From Methanobacteriota archaeon (GTDB lineage: Archaea > Thermoplasmatota > Poseidoniia > Poseidoniales > Thalassarchaeaceae), in contig NZWD01000008.1 of assembly GCA_002698225.1 (NCBI GenBank), forward strand, positions 1 through 54,047: a DNA stretch of 54,047 nucleotides. The letters run 5' to 3'. The translations under genes and the position numbers were made by a program. Positions 10,767 to 20,227 of this stretch are shown piece by piece; position 1 is the stretch's first letter; each line of letters opens with the position of its first letter. The notes beneath the pieces were generated by a model that was not told where the DNA came from, made no database searches, and worked only from the letters and a program-made list of their open reading frames with translations.

Positions 10767-13496
10767 ATGGGAGAGGATGCCGAGGAATTTCTTCTCCTTG
10801 ATGATGAGGAAGAAATACCGGTTTCTAAGAAACCGGAAAAAAAACCATTTACGATCAAATCGATGTTCTCATCCATCAAACTACCTAAACTTCCCAAATC
10901 CAAACCCAAGCCAGTGAGCAACCCTGAACCAACCATCGAGACCATTGCCACATCGGTTGTTGATACCACCGATTTGGATCTAGCAGCCGACGGCGTACAT
11001 GAGTTTGAATGGGACATCAGAGGTATGGACTGTCCGGACTGCGCGATGAAGGCGACTAGGGCAGTGAGTCGACTCCCTGGAATCGAGGAATGCAGAGTCT
11101 CTGCAACACAGGGTTCAGTCAGAATCAATGTTGATGTCAGTAGGGGTAGAGTTTCCAGGGCTTCCTCTGTGCTTGAAAACCTAGGTCATAGTCCTGAAAT
11201 TGATTGGTTAAGCGTGACTGGTGTCACGCCAAAGATGGCTGCATCAAGAATAGGCGCCGATAGACGCAAACTTCGCAGCTTTCTGATGGATGTACCCGGA
11301 GTTCTGAATGTCAGGCTGGAGGATGGTAGGATTGAGATTCAGAGACTGTGGTTATCCGACGCAACTCTGAGGAAAATCTCCGAGCAGCGACTAACAACGA
11401 TACTCGGTGAGGACTTCCAACTCTCACCCTCGAAGACATCTAAAATGAGGCCGGACCAAATCCGGCTGCTAGGTGCCGCCACAACCGTCCCGTTAATTCT
11501 AGGAGTTGTAGCAATTGAGGAGATTCCAGCCATACCCAATCAACTCGCAGCACTAATCGCACTATTCGGAGTCTTATTTGCTGGATACCAGATGTTCCAA
11601 GATGCCCTAGGGAGCATACAGAACAGGGTCATGGGCTTCCAGATTCTCACCTCTCTAGCAGTCATCGGGGCTGTCTATCTACAGGAATGGGCAGAGGCTC
11701 TGATGGTGGTCGGATTAGTTGGATTCTCCTCTCATCTTGAAGATAGGGCATTGGTCAGGGCGAGAGAGTCGATGCAGGGAGGGCTAGACAGACTACCAAG
11801 GAGGGCACGACTGGTTAACCCGGAGACTAAGGATAAGGGCGAGAGAACACTGAGTGTCCTACAGGTAGCTAATCCAATCCTCTCCAATGCTCCAGACTGC
11901 CACGACGAGGATATGATCCCTGTCGAGGCGCTTGAGTTAGGAGACCTCGTAGAGGTTCGCTCTGGAGAGGTGATGCCAGTTGATGGGGTAATAATCGAAG
12001 GGAAAGGTGCAATCGACCGCGCCCCATTAACTGGAGAACCAATCCCAATCCCAGTTAATGAGGGCGATACTGTAGAGGCGGGCCTAGTTCTAGTCCGCGG
12101 CCCCTTGGTAGTCAAGGCAACCGCTGGAGGAGATGATACTAGACTGTCCAGCCTGATTGATTTGGTGAGGAACTACCGTGACCAGCCAACCAGAACCCAG
12201 AGTGCAATCGAGAAATTCACTGCAATCTGGGTCCCTCTGGTCATGCTTGGATCTCCATTCATCGGGTATCTCGTCTATGGAGCCACCTCACAGGCCATTC
12301 TCACCACACTCCTGCTTTGGGTGGTATCTTGCCCTTGCTCACTGCTTCTAGCCGCCCCCGTCCCACACGCAGCGGCACTCTCCGCCGCTTCGGCTTCCGG
12401 GTTGGTCGCCAGAGGCGGCGATGTACTGGAGGCGGCCGCTGGGGTCGAGTTGGCTTTACTTGACAAGACCGGGACACTGACAAGCGGCAGTCCCAGAATG
12501 ACTGGAATCACAGTCGGTGAGGATGAGAATGATTACCGAGCACTTCAGATTGCTGCGGGACTCGAGCAACGCTCTAACCACCCATATGCAAGAAGCATCA
12601 TCGCGCTAGCCAACGAGCGCTCATTGACCGCTAGCAAAGTGACGGAACTGACCGACGGAGACGCAGGAGTTAGTGGAAAGTTGCGTGGCCAAAAGGTCAT
12701 GCTAGGGCGAGCAGATTGGCTACTTGAGCGTGGAGTAGAGATTCCTCTGGACATCGATGCGGCTCTTGCAGAGTCTAGACAGGCCGGACACGGAGCCAGC
12801 GTCCTGGCTGTTGACGGACGAGCAATTGCCGCATTCGGATTCTCTCATGATGATGCCAGAGATGGGGTCGATGAGATGATTGCAGCTCTGAGAGAAAACG
12901 ATGTCAGAGTTGAGATACTCAGCGGTGATGAACAAGCCAGCGTAGAGGCGTTCGGTGCTCGCTTAGGAATATCCACAGACTCCTGTAGAGGAGGAGTCGA
13001 CCCCGAGGGCAAGGCTCAGTGGGTTTCGGAACGCTCCAAGGCTCGCAGGACTCTGATGGCAGGAGATGGATTCAACGATGCGGGAGCACTTGCCGCTGCG
13101 CATGTTGGAATAGCAGTCGGTAGCGGTGAACAGGTGAACCTAGACGCTGCAGATGTACTCATCCCCGGAGAGGACCCAAGAGCCCTGTCTCGGTTCATTG
13201 ATCTGTCTAAGAGGACAAAAAGGGCAGTTTCGACCAATATTGCAATCTCTGTGGGAATTACCTTGCTTCTGGTTGGTATTGTTCTAGGAGGCTGGGAAAT
13301 CAAACTGGCAGCGGGAGTAGCACTGCATGAGGCGAGCGCCCTTTTGGTCATCCTGAATGGTATGTGGGTTACAGGAACTGGTCCGGAGAGACTCACCACT
13401 CTAGCCACTCTCGGACGCGATTTGAAGGACGACTTGGTACAGGCACTTAGGGTGGCCTTAGGGACATCTCGAGAAGACTTGTCTGCGACCGCTTGA
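10767..13496 (+). CDS. Heavy-metal translocating P1B-type ATPase (Zn/Cd/Co-like)
   Basis: HMA domain GMDCPDC, TGEP actuator, CPC in TM, DKTGTLT, HP, GDGFND, HEAS. Confidence 0.93.
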   Translation: MGEDAEEFLLLDDEEEIPVSKKPEKKPFTIKSMFSSIKLPKLPKSKPKPVSNPEPTIETIATSVVDTTDLDLAADGVHEFEWDIRGMDCPDCAMKATRAVSRLPGIEECRVSATQGSVRINVDVSRGRVSRASSVLENLGHSPEIDWLSVTGVTPKMAASRIGADRRKLRSFLMDVPGVLNVRLEDGRIEIQRLWLSDATLRKISEQRLTTILGEDFQLSPSKTSKMRPDQIRLLGAATTVPLILGVVAIEEIPAIPNQLAALIALFGVLFAGYQMFQDALGSIQNRVMGFQILTSLAVIGAVYLQEWAEALMVVGLVGFSSHLEDRALVRARESMQGGLDRLPRRARLVNPETKDKGERTLSVLQVANPILSNAPDCHDEDMIPVEALELGDLVEVRSGEVMPVDGVIIEGKGAIDRAPLTGEPIPIPVNEGDTVEAGLVLVRGPLVVKATAGGDDTRLSSLIDLVRNYRDQPTRTQSAIEKFTAIWVPLVMLGSPFIGYLVYGATSQAILTTLLLWVVSCPCSLLLAAPVPHAAALSAASASGLVARGGDVLEAAAGVELALLDKTGTLTSGSPRMTGITVGEDENDYRALQIAAGLEQRSNHPYARSIIALANERSLTASKVTELTDGDAGVSGKLRGQKVMLGRADWLLERGVEIPLDIDAALAESRQAGHGASVLAVDGRAIAAFGFSHDDARDGVDEMIAALRENDVRVEILSGDEQASVEAFGARLGISTDSCRGGVDPEGKAQWVSERSKARRTLMAGDGFNDAGALAAAHVGIAVGSGEQVNLDAADVLIPGEDPRALSRFIDLSKRTKRAVSTNIAISVGITLLLVGIVLGGWEIKLAAGVALHEASALLVILNGMWVTGTGPERLTTLATLGRDLKDDLVQALRVALGTSREDLSATA

Positions 13497-13521
13497 TTAA
13501 CCCGCCCCTGAATCGAGGGTC

Positions 13522-13914
13522 ATGGCCGATTCATCCGAGATTGAGTCAAGGTACGCCGCACCGCTGGCAGAATGCGCTCACTGCGGCCACATGTTGCCTC
13601 AGGGGCTGGGTGAGAAGGAGTGCAAGATTTGCGGCGCTGTATGCAGGGTCAGTCACCAGCCTACTGTCGATAATCTCACCGATGAGACACTACCCTGTCC
13701 ACACTGCAGCACCGTCATCGTAGCATCCACCGACGAGCGACCAATCGAGTTGACTTGTGGCGCCTGTACTGGCAAGTTCACCCTTACTCCCAAGATAATC
13801 AAGGCCGAGATTGACTGTCCCGGCTGTGAGAGGATGCTTAGAATCAGGCCTAGGCCCGGTACTCGCGAGTTGAAGTGCCCGGCCTGTGAGTCAAAGTTCA
13901 ACATCACCTTCTAG
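13522..13914 (+). CDS. Triple zinc-ribbon protein
   Basis: Six CxxC motifs (CAHC/CKIC, CPHC/CGAC, CPGC/CPAC) forming three ribbons. Confidence 0.75.
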   Translation: MADSSEIESRYAAPLAECAHCGHMLPQGLGEKECKICGAVCRVSHQPTVDNLTDETLPCPHCSTVIVASTDERPIELTCGACTGKFTLTPKIIKAEIDCPGCERMLRIRPRPGTRELKCPACESKFNITF

Positions 13915-14017
13915 CGCGGTACCTTCTGATAATCTCTCTAAACCGTGTTTGTCGGTCGATTCTGACCCTTCGCTCTCAAATACTCCGGAACTAGCGACAA
14001 CTTGGGGATGGGATCCC

Positions 14018-15118
14018 ATGAGTGAGAGCAAGTCACCTGAAGACAACGATACCGAAGGTATCGATGAATTGACAGCGCTGCGTGCCCAGCATGCGCTCTC
14101 TGCCTCCTCAAACATGGAGTCTGTAGCCCGTGCCAGAGAGAGGCTAGATGAGGAATCGAGAATCCGATCCGGCATCCGGCGTGAGCGCCGAATGCGCATC
14201 ACTGAGATGACGGAGAGGGTATCCGGAATGCACGGTGCGATGCGTAAGGCCAATGAGATCCTGTTTGAGGAGAGGCTGCAGCAAATTGAATCAGATTTGC
14301 GGGCCGAGCTTGAGGATGAGATGGAACGCCTCGAGACCGAGGCACTAGAGCGCGAGGAGCGCTTACTGCGTGAAGAGATGCTACACCGACTGCGCCGTGA
14401 GGAAAACCGTCTTCGCGAACAACTCGACCTAGAGAGGGACCGACGTATAGAGGCCCACGCAGCAAAGTTGCGTGGCAGACTCAAAGAAGAGATGGAGACG
14501 GACTATCAGCGTCGTAGAGCCTTCCTCGAGGAACGATTAGAGCTCGAAGCATCGCAGGATGTAGAGAGGATGCAGCGACGCGTCGAGATGGATCTCATAG
14601 AGGCTATGGAGACAGCAGTGCATCGCAAGATCGAGACTCACAGGCTCGAGCAGGAGATGCAGATGCGAGAAAGAATCTTCGAGGCACGCCGTGAGCGAGA
14701 GGCAGAATTGGAGAAACAACTCAAAGAGGAGAGAAAATCACTTGAGAAGGAGATGAAATCGGATGTCAAGGTCCGCATCAAGGAGCTCGAGGAAGAGTCA
14801 GAGCGAGCGGCGCTGGAAGAGTTGGACAGACGATTCCGTGCTGAACGGAAGACTATGCTTGCTGCCTTGGGTCTTCGACGCCAAGAGATGGCGCTAGAAC
14901 TCGAAGTTGAGATGGAGCAGAAGGTTTCCGAGTTTGCAAAGAAGCGTGAGCAGGAGATGCTGTCTAAGCTCGAAAAACAGTTCAACAAACGCGGAGACCT
15001 ATCCAAGAAAGAGATCAAGGAGATGATGAAATCACTTGAGTCTGAGCTTAAGTCGAAGTGGGAGTCTGCATTGCTCGATGCGAAACAATCCGCTTTGGAA
15101 CGGGTAGGCGAGGAATAG
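14018..15118 (+). CDS. Long E/R/L-rich coiled-coil protein, function unknown
   Basis: About 366 aa, almost entirely charged and helical, no Pro after residue 7, no TM segment. Confidence 0.75.
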   Translation: MSESKSPEDNDTEGIDELTALRAQHALSASSNMESVARARERLDEESRIRSGIRRERRMRITEMTERVSGMHGAMRKANEILFEERLQQIESDLRAELEDEMERLETEALEREERLLREEMLHRLRREENRLREQLDLERDRRIEAHAAKLRGRLKEEMETDYQRRRAFLEERLELEASQDVERMQRRVEMDLIEAMETAVHRKIETHRLEQEMQMRERIFEARREREAELEKQLKEERKSLEKEMKSDVKVRIKELEEESERAALEELDRRFRAERKTMLAALGLRRQEMALELEVEMEQKVSEFAKKREQEMLSKLEKQFNKRGDLSKKEIKEMMKSLESELKSKWESALLDAKQSALERVGEE

Positions 15119-15189
15119 CCTCTCAATCATTCCAGTCTGACCCTAACAATAGTTTAGATGAAGTAGTATGAGCGGGGCGATGGGGAATT

Positions 15190-15384
15190 ATGCCTCAGGG
15201 TACAGTGAAATGGTTCAACCGAATAAAGGGCTTCGGCTTCATAGAGAGAGAAGAAGGGAACGACTTGTTCGTTCACAAGTCAGATGTGGATGGGACCATC
15301 GACGAGGGCGACACAGTCGATTACGAAGTCGGTGAGTCTCCAGACGGTCGCGCATGCGCGACTAATGTCAGCAAAGCAGAGTAG
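15190..15384 (+). CDS. csp: Cold-shock domain protein
   Basis: GTVKWFN..KGFGFI (RNP1), DLFVH (RNP2). Confidence 0.93.
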   Translation: MPQGTVKWFNRIKGFGFIEREEGNDLFVHKSDVDGTIDEGDTVDYEVGESPDGRACATNVSKAE

Positions 15385-15388
15385 GCTC

Positions 15389-16297
15389 TTATTCGCCTAC
15401 TATTCTAGCAATCCTTGCATCGACCTCTCTGGTTAGCTCCCAGTAGGCCTTGCTTCCCGGATTCGACTTGTTTGGCTTCTTCGCGACGACTATCGGAGCC
15501 CCCTCTAATGGAGCCTCTGCAATAGCTACAGACCTCTGAATGGCAGTATCGAATACTCGGTCACCGAAGTGCTTCCGCGCACGCTCGGCTACCGCCTCAC
15601 CGAGGTTGCTGTTGGTCTGCACCATCGTTAGGGCGATTCCGAACAGCCTGAGGTTCGGATTGATTGCCTTCTGGACATCACGGATGGCGTTCATCAACTG
15701 GCCCATACCCTCGAGGGCGTAGAACTCAGCCTGGATTGGTATCAGAATCCAGTCTGAGGCTGCCAGCGCGTTGATTGTGAGCAGTCCGAGTGAGGCTGGA
15801 GTATCGACGATGACCACATCGAAGTGACCTACTGAATCCTGTAGTGCCAGTTTGAGTCGGTTCTCGCGACCGATACGGGTGGCGAGATCAATCTCAACTC
15901 CTGACAGGTCGAGGTCGGCTGGAAGAAGCCAGAGATTGTCAATCGAGACTCCCTTGGGCGGGCCCCGCTTCCGTTCGGGATTGTGTAACTTCCAGGCTTC
16001 GCGCATAGCCTCTGTCAGTTGGTCAGGTCCAATCAAGCACTCGTTGAGGCCGACAGGAGAGCCATCCACACCTCCCTTGAACAGCTCGTTCATCGTCGGA
16101 CCGAGAGTTTTCTTGTTGATTCCGAAGGTGGTAGCGACATTCCCCTTCGGGTCAAGATCAATCATCAGTACTCTACGGGCAGCGATATTCATCTCCTCGT
16201 TGCCCACTGCTAGAGCCGAGGCGATATTGACTGCAGTAGTGGTCTTGGCACAGCCACCTTTGTGGTTCACCACAGCGATAACTACTGGCCCGGGCAT
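15389..16297 (-). CDS. parA: ParA/Soj family ATPase
   Basis: Deviant Walker A KGGCAKTTT, DLDPKGN, DTPASLG, PIQAEFYALEG. Confidence 0.9.
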   Translation of the reverse strand: MPGPVVIAVVNHKGGCAKTTTAVNIASALAVGNEEMNIAARRVLMIDLDPKGNVATTFGINKKTLGPTMNELFKGGVDGSPVGLNECLIGPDQLTEAMREAWKLHNPERKRGPPKGVSIDNLWLLPADLDLSGVEIDLATRIGRENRLKLALQDSVGHFDVVIVDTPASLGLLTINALAASDWILIPIQAEFYALEGMGQLMNAIRDVQKAINPNLRLFGIALTMVQTNSNLGEAVAERARKHFGDRVFDTAIQRSVAIAEAPLEGAPIVVAKKPNKSNPGSKAYWELTREVDARIARIVGE

Positions 16298-16343
16298 CTC
16301 GCTCAGTGGGGGAAAACCACGGGACTACCGTGAATCTTGCCTA

Positions 16344-17324
16344 TCACTGGATGACAGGGACGGGTACTTCGCTCAGAATCTTACGCGTGATGTGCCGACC
16401 AGTGACGCCGCGAATCTTAGATTCCGGCTTCAGCACGATTCTATGACTTACAACCTCGAGAGCGACATTCTTGATATCGTCAGGAATGACATAGTCACGC
16501 CCATCGATAGCTGCCGATGCGCGCGCAGTCTTGAATAGCGACTGGCTAGCGCGAGGAGATGCTCCAGTAATGACTCGGTGGTCCTCACGGGTGCGCTGTA
16601 CCAACTCCACCACATAGGACATGATTGCCGGGTCCACATGAACGGTCTCGAGTGCCTTCTGCATGGCGACGACCTTCTTCGGGCTAGTAACCTGCTCGAT
16701 ATCGTACTCGTCCTTACCACGCAGCTTCCTGCGCTGTAGGATTGCCTTCTCCTCCTGACGGTCTGGATATCCCATTGACATCTTCATCAGGAATCGGTCC
16801 ATCTGTGCCTCAGGGAGTGGGTAGGTACCCTCCTGTTCGATTGGGTTCTGGGTCGCCATGGTGATGAAAGGCGCTGGGAGCTTGTGAGTGATACCTTCGA
16901 TGGTGACCTGCTTCTCTTCCATAGCCTCAAGCAAGGCCGCTTGAGTCTTGGGTGGAGCACGGTTGATCTCGTCAGCAAGTAGGACATTGGTGAACAGAGG
17001 TCCTGGTCTGAGTTTGAACTCACCTGCCTGTTGGTCATACATGTATGTCCCCATTATGTCGGCTGGGAGCAGGTCAGGAGTAAACTGGACACGCTTGAAT
17101 TTGCATCCTAGAGCGGAGGCGAAGGTGTTAGCCATCAGGGTCTTTGCTAAACCGGGGAAATCCTCGATGAGAGTATTGCCGTTTGAGAGGATGCCGATTG
17201 TGATTCTGCGTAGATTCTCCTGCTTGCCGATGATGACCTTGGCGACCTCGTTCATCAGGCCGTTGGAAATCTGTGAAACAGTCTGTATCAACTCGCGGGC
17301 TTTAGGGTCTGCTGTCTCAGCCAT
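16344..17324 (-). CDS. MoxR family AAA+ ATPase
   Basis: PGLAKT, QFTPDLLPADI, DEINRAPPKTQAALLEAM, ATQNPIEQEGTYPLPEAQMDRF, GASPRA. Confidence 0.93.
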   Translation of the reverse strand: MAETADPKARELIQTVSQISNGLMNEVAKVIIGKQENLRRITIGILSNGNTLIEDFPGLAKTLMANTFASALGCKFKRVQFTPDLLPADIMGTYMYDQQAGEFKLRPGPLFTNVLLADEINRAPPKTQAALLEAMEEKQVTIEGITHKLPAPFITMATQNPIEQEGTYPLPEAQMDRFLMKMSMGYPDRQEEKAILQRRKLRGKDEYDIEQVTSPKKVVAMQKALETVHVDPAIMSYVVELVQRTREDHRVITGASPRASQSLFKTARASAAIDGRDYVIPDDIKNVALEVVSHRIVLKPESKIRGVTGRHITRKILSEVPVPVIQ

Positions 17325-17408
17325 GATATCCCTACTAGAACATCCCGAGGCCTACTCATTCACTACTTGAGCGTTAGGTATACCTGAACCCTAACCGCAT
17401 CAATATGT

Positions 17409-19187
17409 TCATCGGCCCCAGAAGTGTTCATCTTTCCTGTGAATGGCTAGCAGTTCCTCGAAAACATCCTGTTCTGCCGCCGTCATTTCCATCTTCCTGA
17501 GCTTCTTTGCATGCGATTCGGGAATGTCCACTAGGAGGCTATCTCCCTCTTCGATCTGACGACCTACAGTCACTCCGTCAATCGCAACTGCGACCTCATC
17601 ACCCTGCTTCGCCTCCTTCATCGAACTCTCGCCTGAGCGGATTGACTTGATGCGCCCAATACGCCTCTCTTCCTTGAGCAGATATTGGCCCACATGGATT
17701 CGACCGGCGACGACTCTCACGCCGACTACCGCGGGTTTGGAGACGCGGAAGGTGTGGTCAGGAAGAAGCAGGATTCTGCCAGGATAGACGACCTGCACCC
17801 GACTCTCTTCTTCGAGCTCGCGCGTGCGTTTCTCGACCCACTCCTCGTGCTCTTCAAGAATACGATAGATAATGTCCGAGCCGATGTGCTTGGCACCCGC
17901 CTCAGAACCCTCAACCTCGGCGATTGCATCAGGTAAGATGTCGGTACTGAATGCCATGATTACTCGATGCAGTGGATTACTTGCCGCCTCAGTATTACGG
18001 ATATCTCTGCGGCTGACCTTCCCTATGCTTGCCATCCTGATTGGAACATCAATCGCATTGAGCTCCTTGGCCAAGGCTTCGAGTCCACCTACTGTGTCTG
18101 CCTTTATGCACACTCCTTCTTCCTCTAACTCGATTGAGAGTTCTGACTCGGCCTTTGCCGCTGCAAGCGCCTCTAAACGCTCTGAATCAGTATGGACAAC
18201 GCGCAGTGTTGTGCCAGCGAGCACTCCGTCTAGGTCTGGAGCCGAGATCTTTAGCCCACTAGCTGCATGGGCCTCATCAGCAGCATCCCATCGGTTACCG
18301 GCATCCCTCATCTCACTCATTCCGCGAGGGCTGAATAGGCCCTTGACACGGGTTGCAACACCTCCTTCATTGGTGACTAGAACGATTTCATCACCCCTTT
18401 TTACAGAGCCACGGTGCAGAATTACATCAAGCGTCTTGCCCAAGCCTCGTTCCTCCTTCATCTCGAGTACAGTGCCTTCGCCTGAGCCCTCGATGTCTGT
18501 TAGTTGCTCGTCCAAATATCGCTCGGCCAGACCGATGACTACTGCCAACAAGTCTTGGATACCTTCGTCCTCACGTGCGGACACGGGCACTAGAGCTATG
18601 TCTTGTGTGAAGTCGGTGACGCGGTCGTAACGCTCGATGTTGAAGCCGTGCTCTGCGAATTGGCCCACTAGGTCCCAGTAGCGCTGCTCGAACAGCCCTA
18701 CCGCCTCTTTTGACTGCTCACCCATGGAGATGGCCATAGAGCGTCCATGCTCTGAGTTCCAACCGTGGATTCGGTCAACCTTATTGGCAGCAATGACGAA
18801 TGGTGTCTTGGCCTCCTTGAGTACACGTAACGACTCGATTGTCTGAGGCCTTGCGCCTTCCATCACATCGACGACTAGGATGGCAATGTCTGCTAGAGAG
18901 CCCCCCCGTGAGCGCAGAGTGGAGAATGAGTGATGACCGGGAGTGTCGATGAAAAGAAGTCCAGGTGAATCGAAAGTCTTGCCGCCCAATAGTGGGGCGC
19001 ATAGTGTGTTCAGGATGTCAGCTGGAACCTCAGTGGCACCGATGTGTTGAGTTATGCCCCCCGCCTCTCTATCCATGACCGAGGCGCGAGAATCTGTCCC
19101 GAGGCTGCGAATGTGATCAAGAAGGCTAGTCTTGCCATGATCAACATGACCTAGCACAGCGACGATGGGTTGTCTGCGTCCTGACAT
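17409..19187 (-). CDS. infB: Translation initiation factor aIF5B (IF-2)
   Basis: RQPIVAVLGHVDHGKT, EAGGITQHIGA, DTPGH, NKVD, KADTVGGLEAL. SD GAGGTG lies upstream of ATG 19187. Confidence 0.96.
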   Translation of the reverse strand: MSGRRQPIVAVLGHVDHGKTSLLDHIRSLGTDSRASVMDREAGGITQHIGATEVPADILNTLCAPLLGGKTFDSPGLLFIDTPGHHSFSTLRSRGGSLADIAILVVDVMEGARPQTIESLRVLKEAKTPFVIAANKVDRIHGWNSEHGRSMAISMGEQSKEAVGLFEQRYWDLVGQFAEHGFNIERYDRVTDFTQDIALVPVSAREDEGIQDLLAVVIGLAERYLDEQLTDIEGSGEGTVLEMKEERGLGKTLDVILHRGSVKRGDEIVLVTNEGGVATRVKGLFSPRGMSEMRDAGNRWDAADEAHAASGLKISAPDLDGVLAGTTLRVVHTDSERLEALAAAKAESELSIELEEEGVCIKADTVGGLEALAKELNAIDVPIRMASIGKVSRRDIRNTEAASNPLHRVIMAFSTDILPDAIAEVEGSEAGAKHIGSDIIYRILEEHEEWVEKRTRELEEESRVQVVYPGRILLLPDHTFRVSKPAVVGVRVVAGRIHVGQYLLKEERRIGRIKSIRSGESSMKEAKQGDEVAVAIDGVTVGRQIEEGDSLLVDIPESHAKKLRKMEMTAAEQDVFEELLAIHRKDEHFWGR

Positions 19188-19215
19188 CTGACCCACCTCA
19201 TGCTACTCACTCTTT

Positions 19216-19638
19216 TCAGTCCTCAAGACCATCGGGGAACCAAAGCCCCAATTCGAAAGCCGCTGTCTCTTCACCGTCCGAGCCGTGGATGATGTTCTTG
19301 TCGATGCTGCGCGCGAAGTCCGCACGAATCGTGCCCGGCGCTGCATCCTCCCAATTTGTTGCCCCAATCAGCTTACGGGAGGCTGCGATTGCATCCTCTC
19401 CATGCCAAGCCATGGCCACAACTGGACCAGATGTGATGAATTCGATGAGATCAGGATAGAAAGGACGCTCCTTGTGTATGGCGTAATGCGTCTCTGCAAG
19501 CTTCATTGGAGGCGTCAGGTCGCGCCTACCGCGCATTCGTAGACCTATTCGGTTGAAACGCCCGATTATCTCGTCTGTAAGACCTCTCTCAACCCCGTCC
19601 GGCTTGATCATGATGAAGGTGGTCTGCGCATTGCTCAT
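19216..19638 (-). CDS. ndk: Nucleoside diphosphate kinase
   Basis: [31 protein letters not shown]. Confidence 0.96.
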   Translation of the reverse strand: MSNAQTTFIMIKPDGVERGLTDEIIGRFNRIGLRMRGRRDLTPPMKLAETHYAIHKERPFYPDLIEFITSGPVVAMAWHGEDAIAASRKLIGATNWEDAAPGTIRADFARSIDKNIIHGSDGEETAAFELGLWFPDGLED

Positions 19639-19787
19639 GGGCCGGGCGACCCTCCTCTCCTATTTCAACGCAAAGCAACTAGTTGGACTTCTAAACACAG
19701 GGGATTACCCTTCCGATTACAAGTAGAATAATTGTCCAATCTGCTTACCATGTCGTTTATGTCTGAAACACCGATGGCTTCTGTTTG

Positions 19788-20180
19788 ATGTACGGAAAAA
19801 CCGAACTGACAATCGCCGCGCTAATCTTCCTGGCTGGCACGGCAGGCCTCGCCTCCGGTGAAAATATCGGGGGCGTTGAAACGACGACCGATTTGGATGA
19901 CGGCTCTGGGGACTGCATTCATGACTTTGACAGCTTCAATGTCTACTACAAGACCACATCAACGCAGTCTAAGTGTGGCTCGGGTGAGGACGGCCAGAAG
20001 GATCTGTCCGTGCACGACACCCTGCCGCCTGTAATCTCACTGAGCACCGGTGATGACGGCAAGAAGCTCATCGACGACCATAACCTGTTCGTGCACGACA
20101 CCCTGCCGCCTGTAATCTCGCTGGGAGGTTACATCCCTGGCAACGACTACGGCGACAATGTGGGCATCGATGAAATCTGA
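19788..20180 (+). CDS. Small secreted acidic protein with internal duplication
   Basis: Hydrophobic N-terminal signal, two Cys, VHDTLPPVISL occurs twice. Confidence 0.55.
   Translation: MYGKTELTIAALIFLAGTAGLASGENIGGVETTTDLDDGSGDCIHDFDSFNVYYKTTSTQSKCGSGEDGQKDLSVHDTLPPVISLSTGDDGKKLIDDHNLFVHDTLPPVISLGGYIPGNDYGDNVGIDEI
20009..20119 (+). repeat. Exact 30-bp direct repeat, two copies 81 bp apart
   Basis: CGTGCACGACACCCTGCCGCCTGTAATCTC at 20009-20038 and 20090-20119, in frame. Confidence 0.9.
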
Positions 20181-20227
20181 TTACGCAGAAACGAGAGTAT
20201 CAAGGCACATCGCTGATTCGAAGCACT

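Noticed and set aside
13522-13914. Zinc-ribbon protein as a multihaem cytochrome
   Set aside because: The CxxC motifs are not followed by His (no CxxCH) and there is no signal peptide.
13891-15126. Long Ser-rich antisense ORFs (also 17872-18630, 15852-16538, 32351-33112, 35656-36333)
   Set aside because: Shadow frames of well-supported genes on the opposite strand, explained by codon bias.
20009-20119. 30-bp repeat pair as a mini CRISPR array
   Set aside because: Only two copies, a period of 81 bp (a multiple of 3) inside a coding frame, flanking similarity extends beyond the repeat, and no cas genes or leader.
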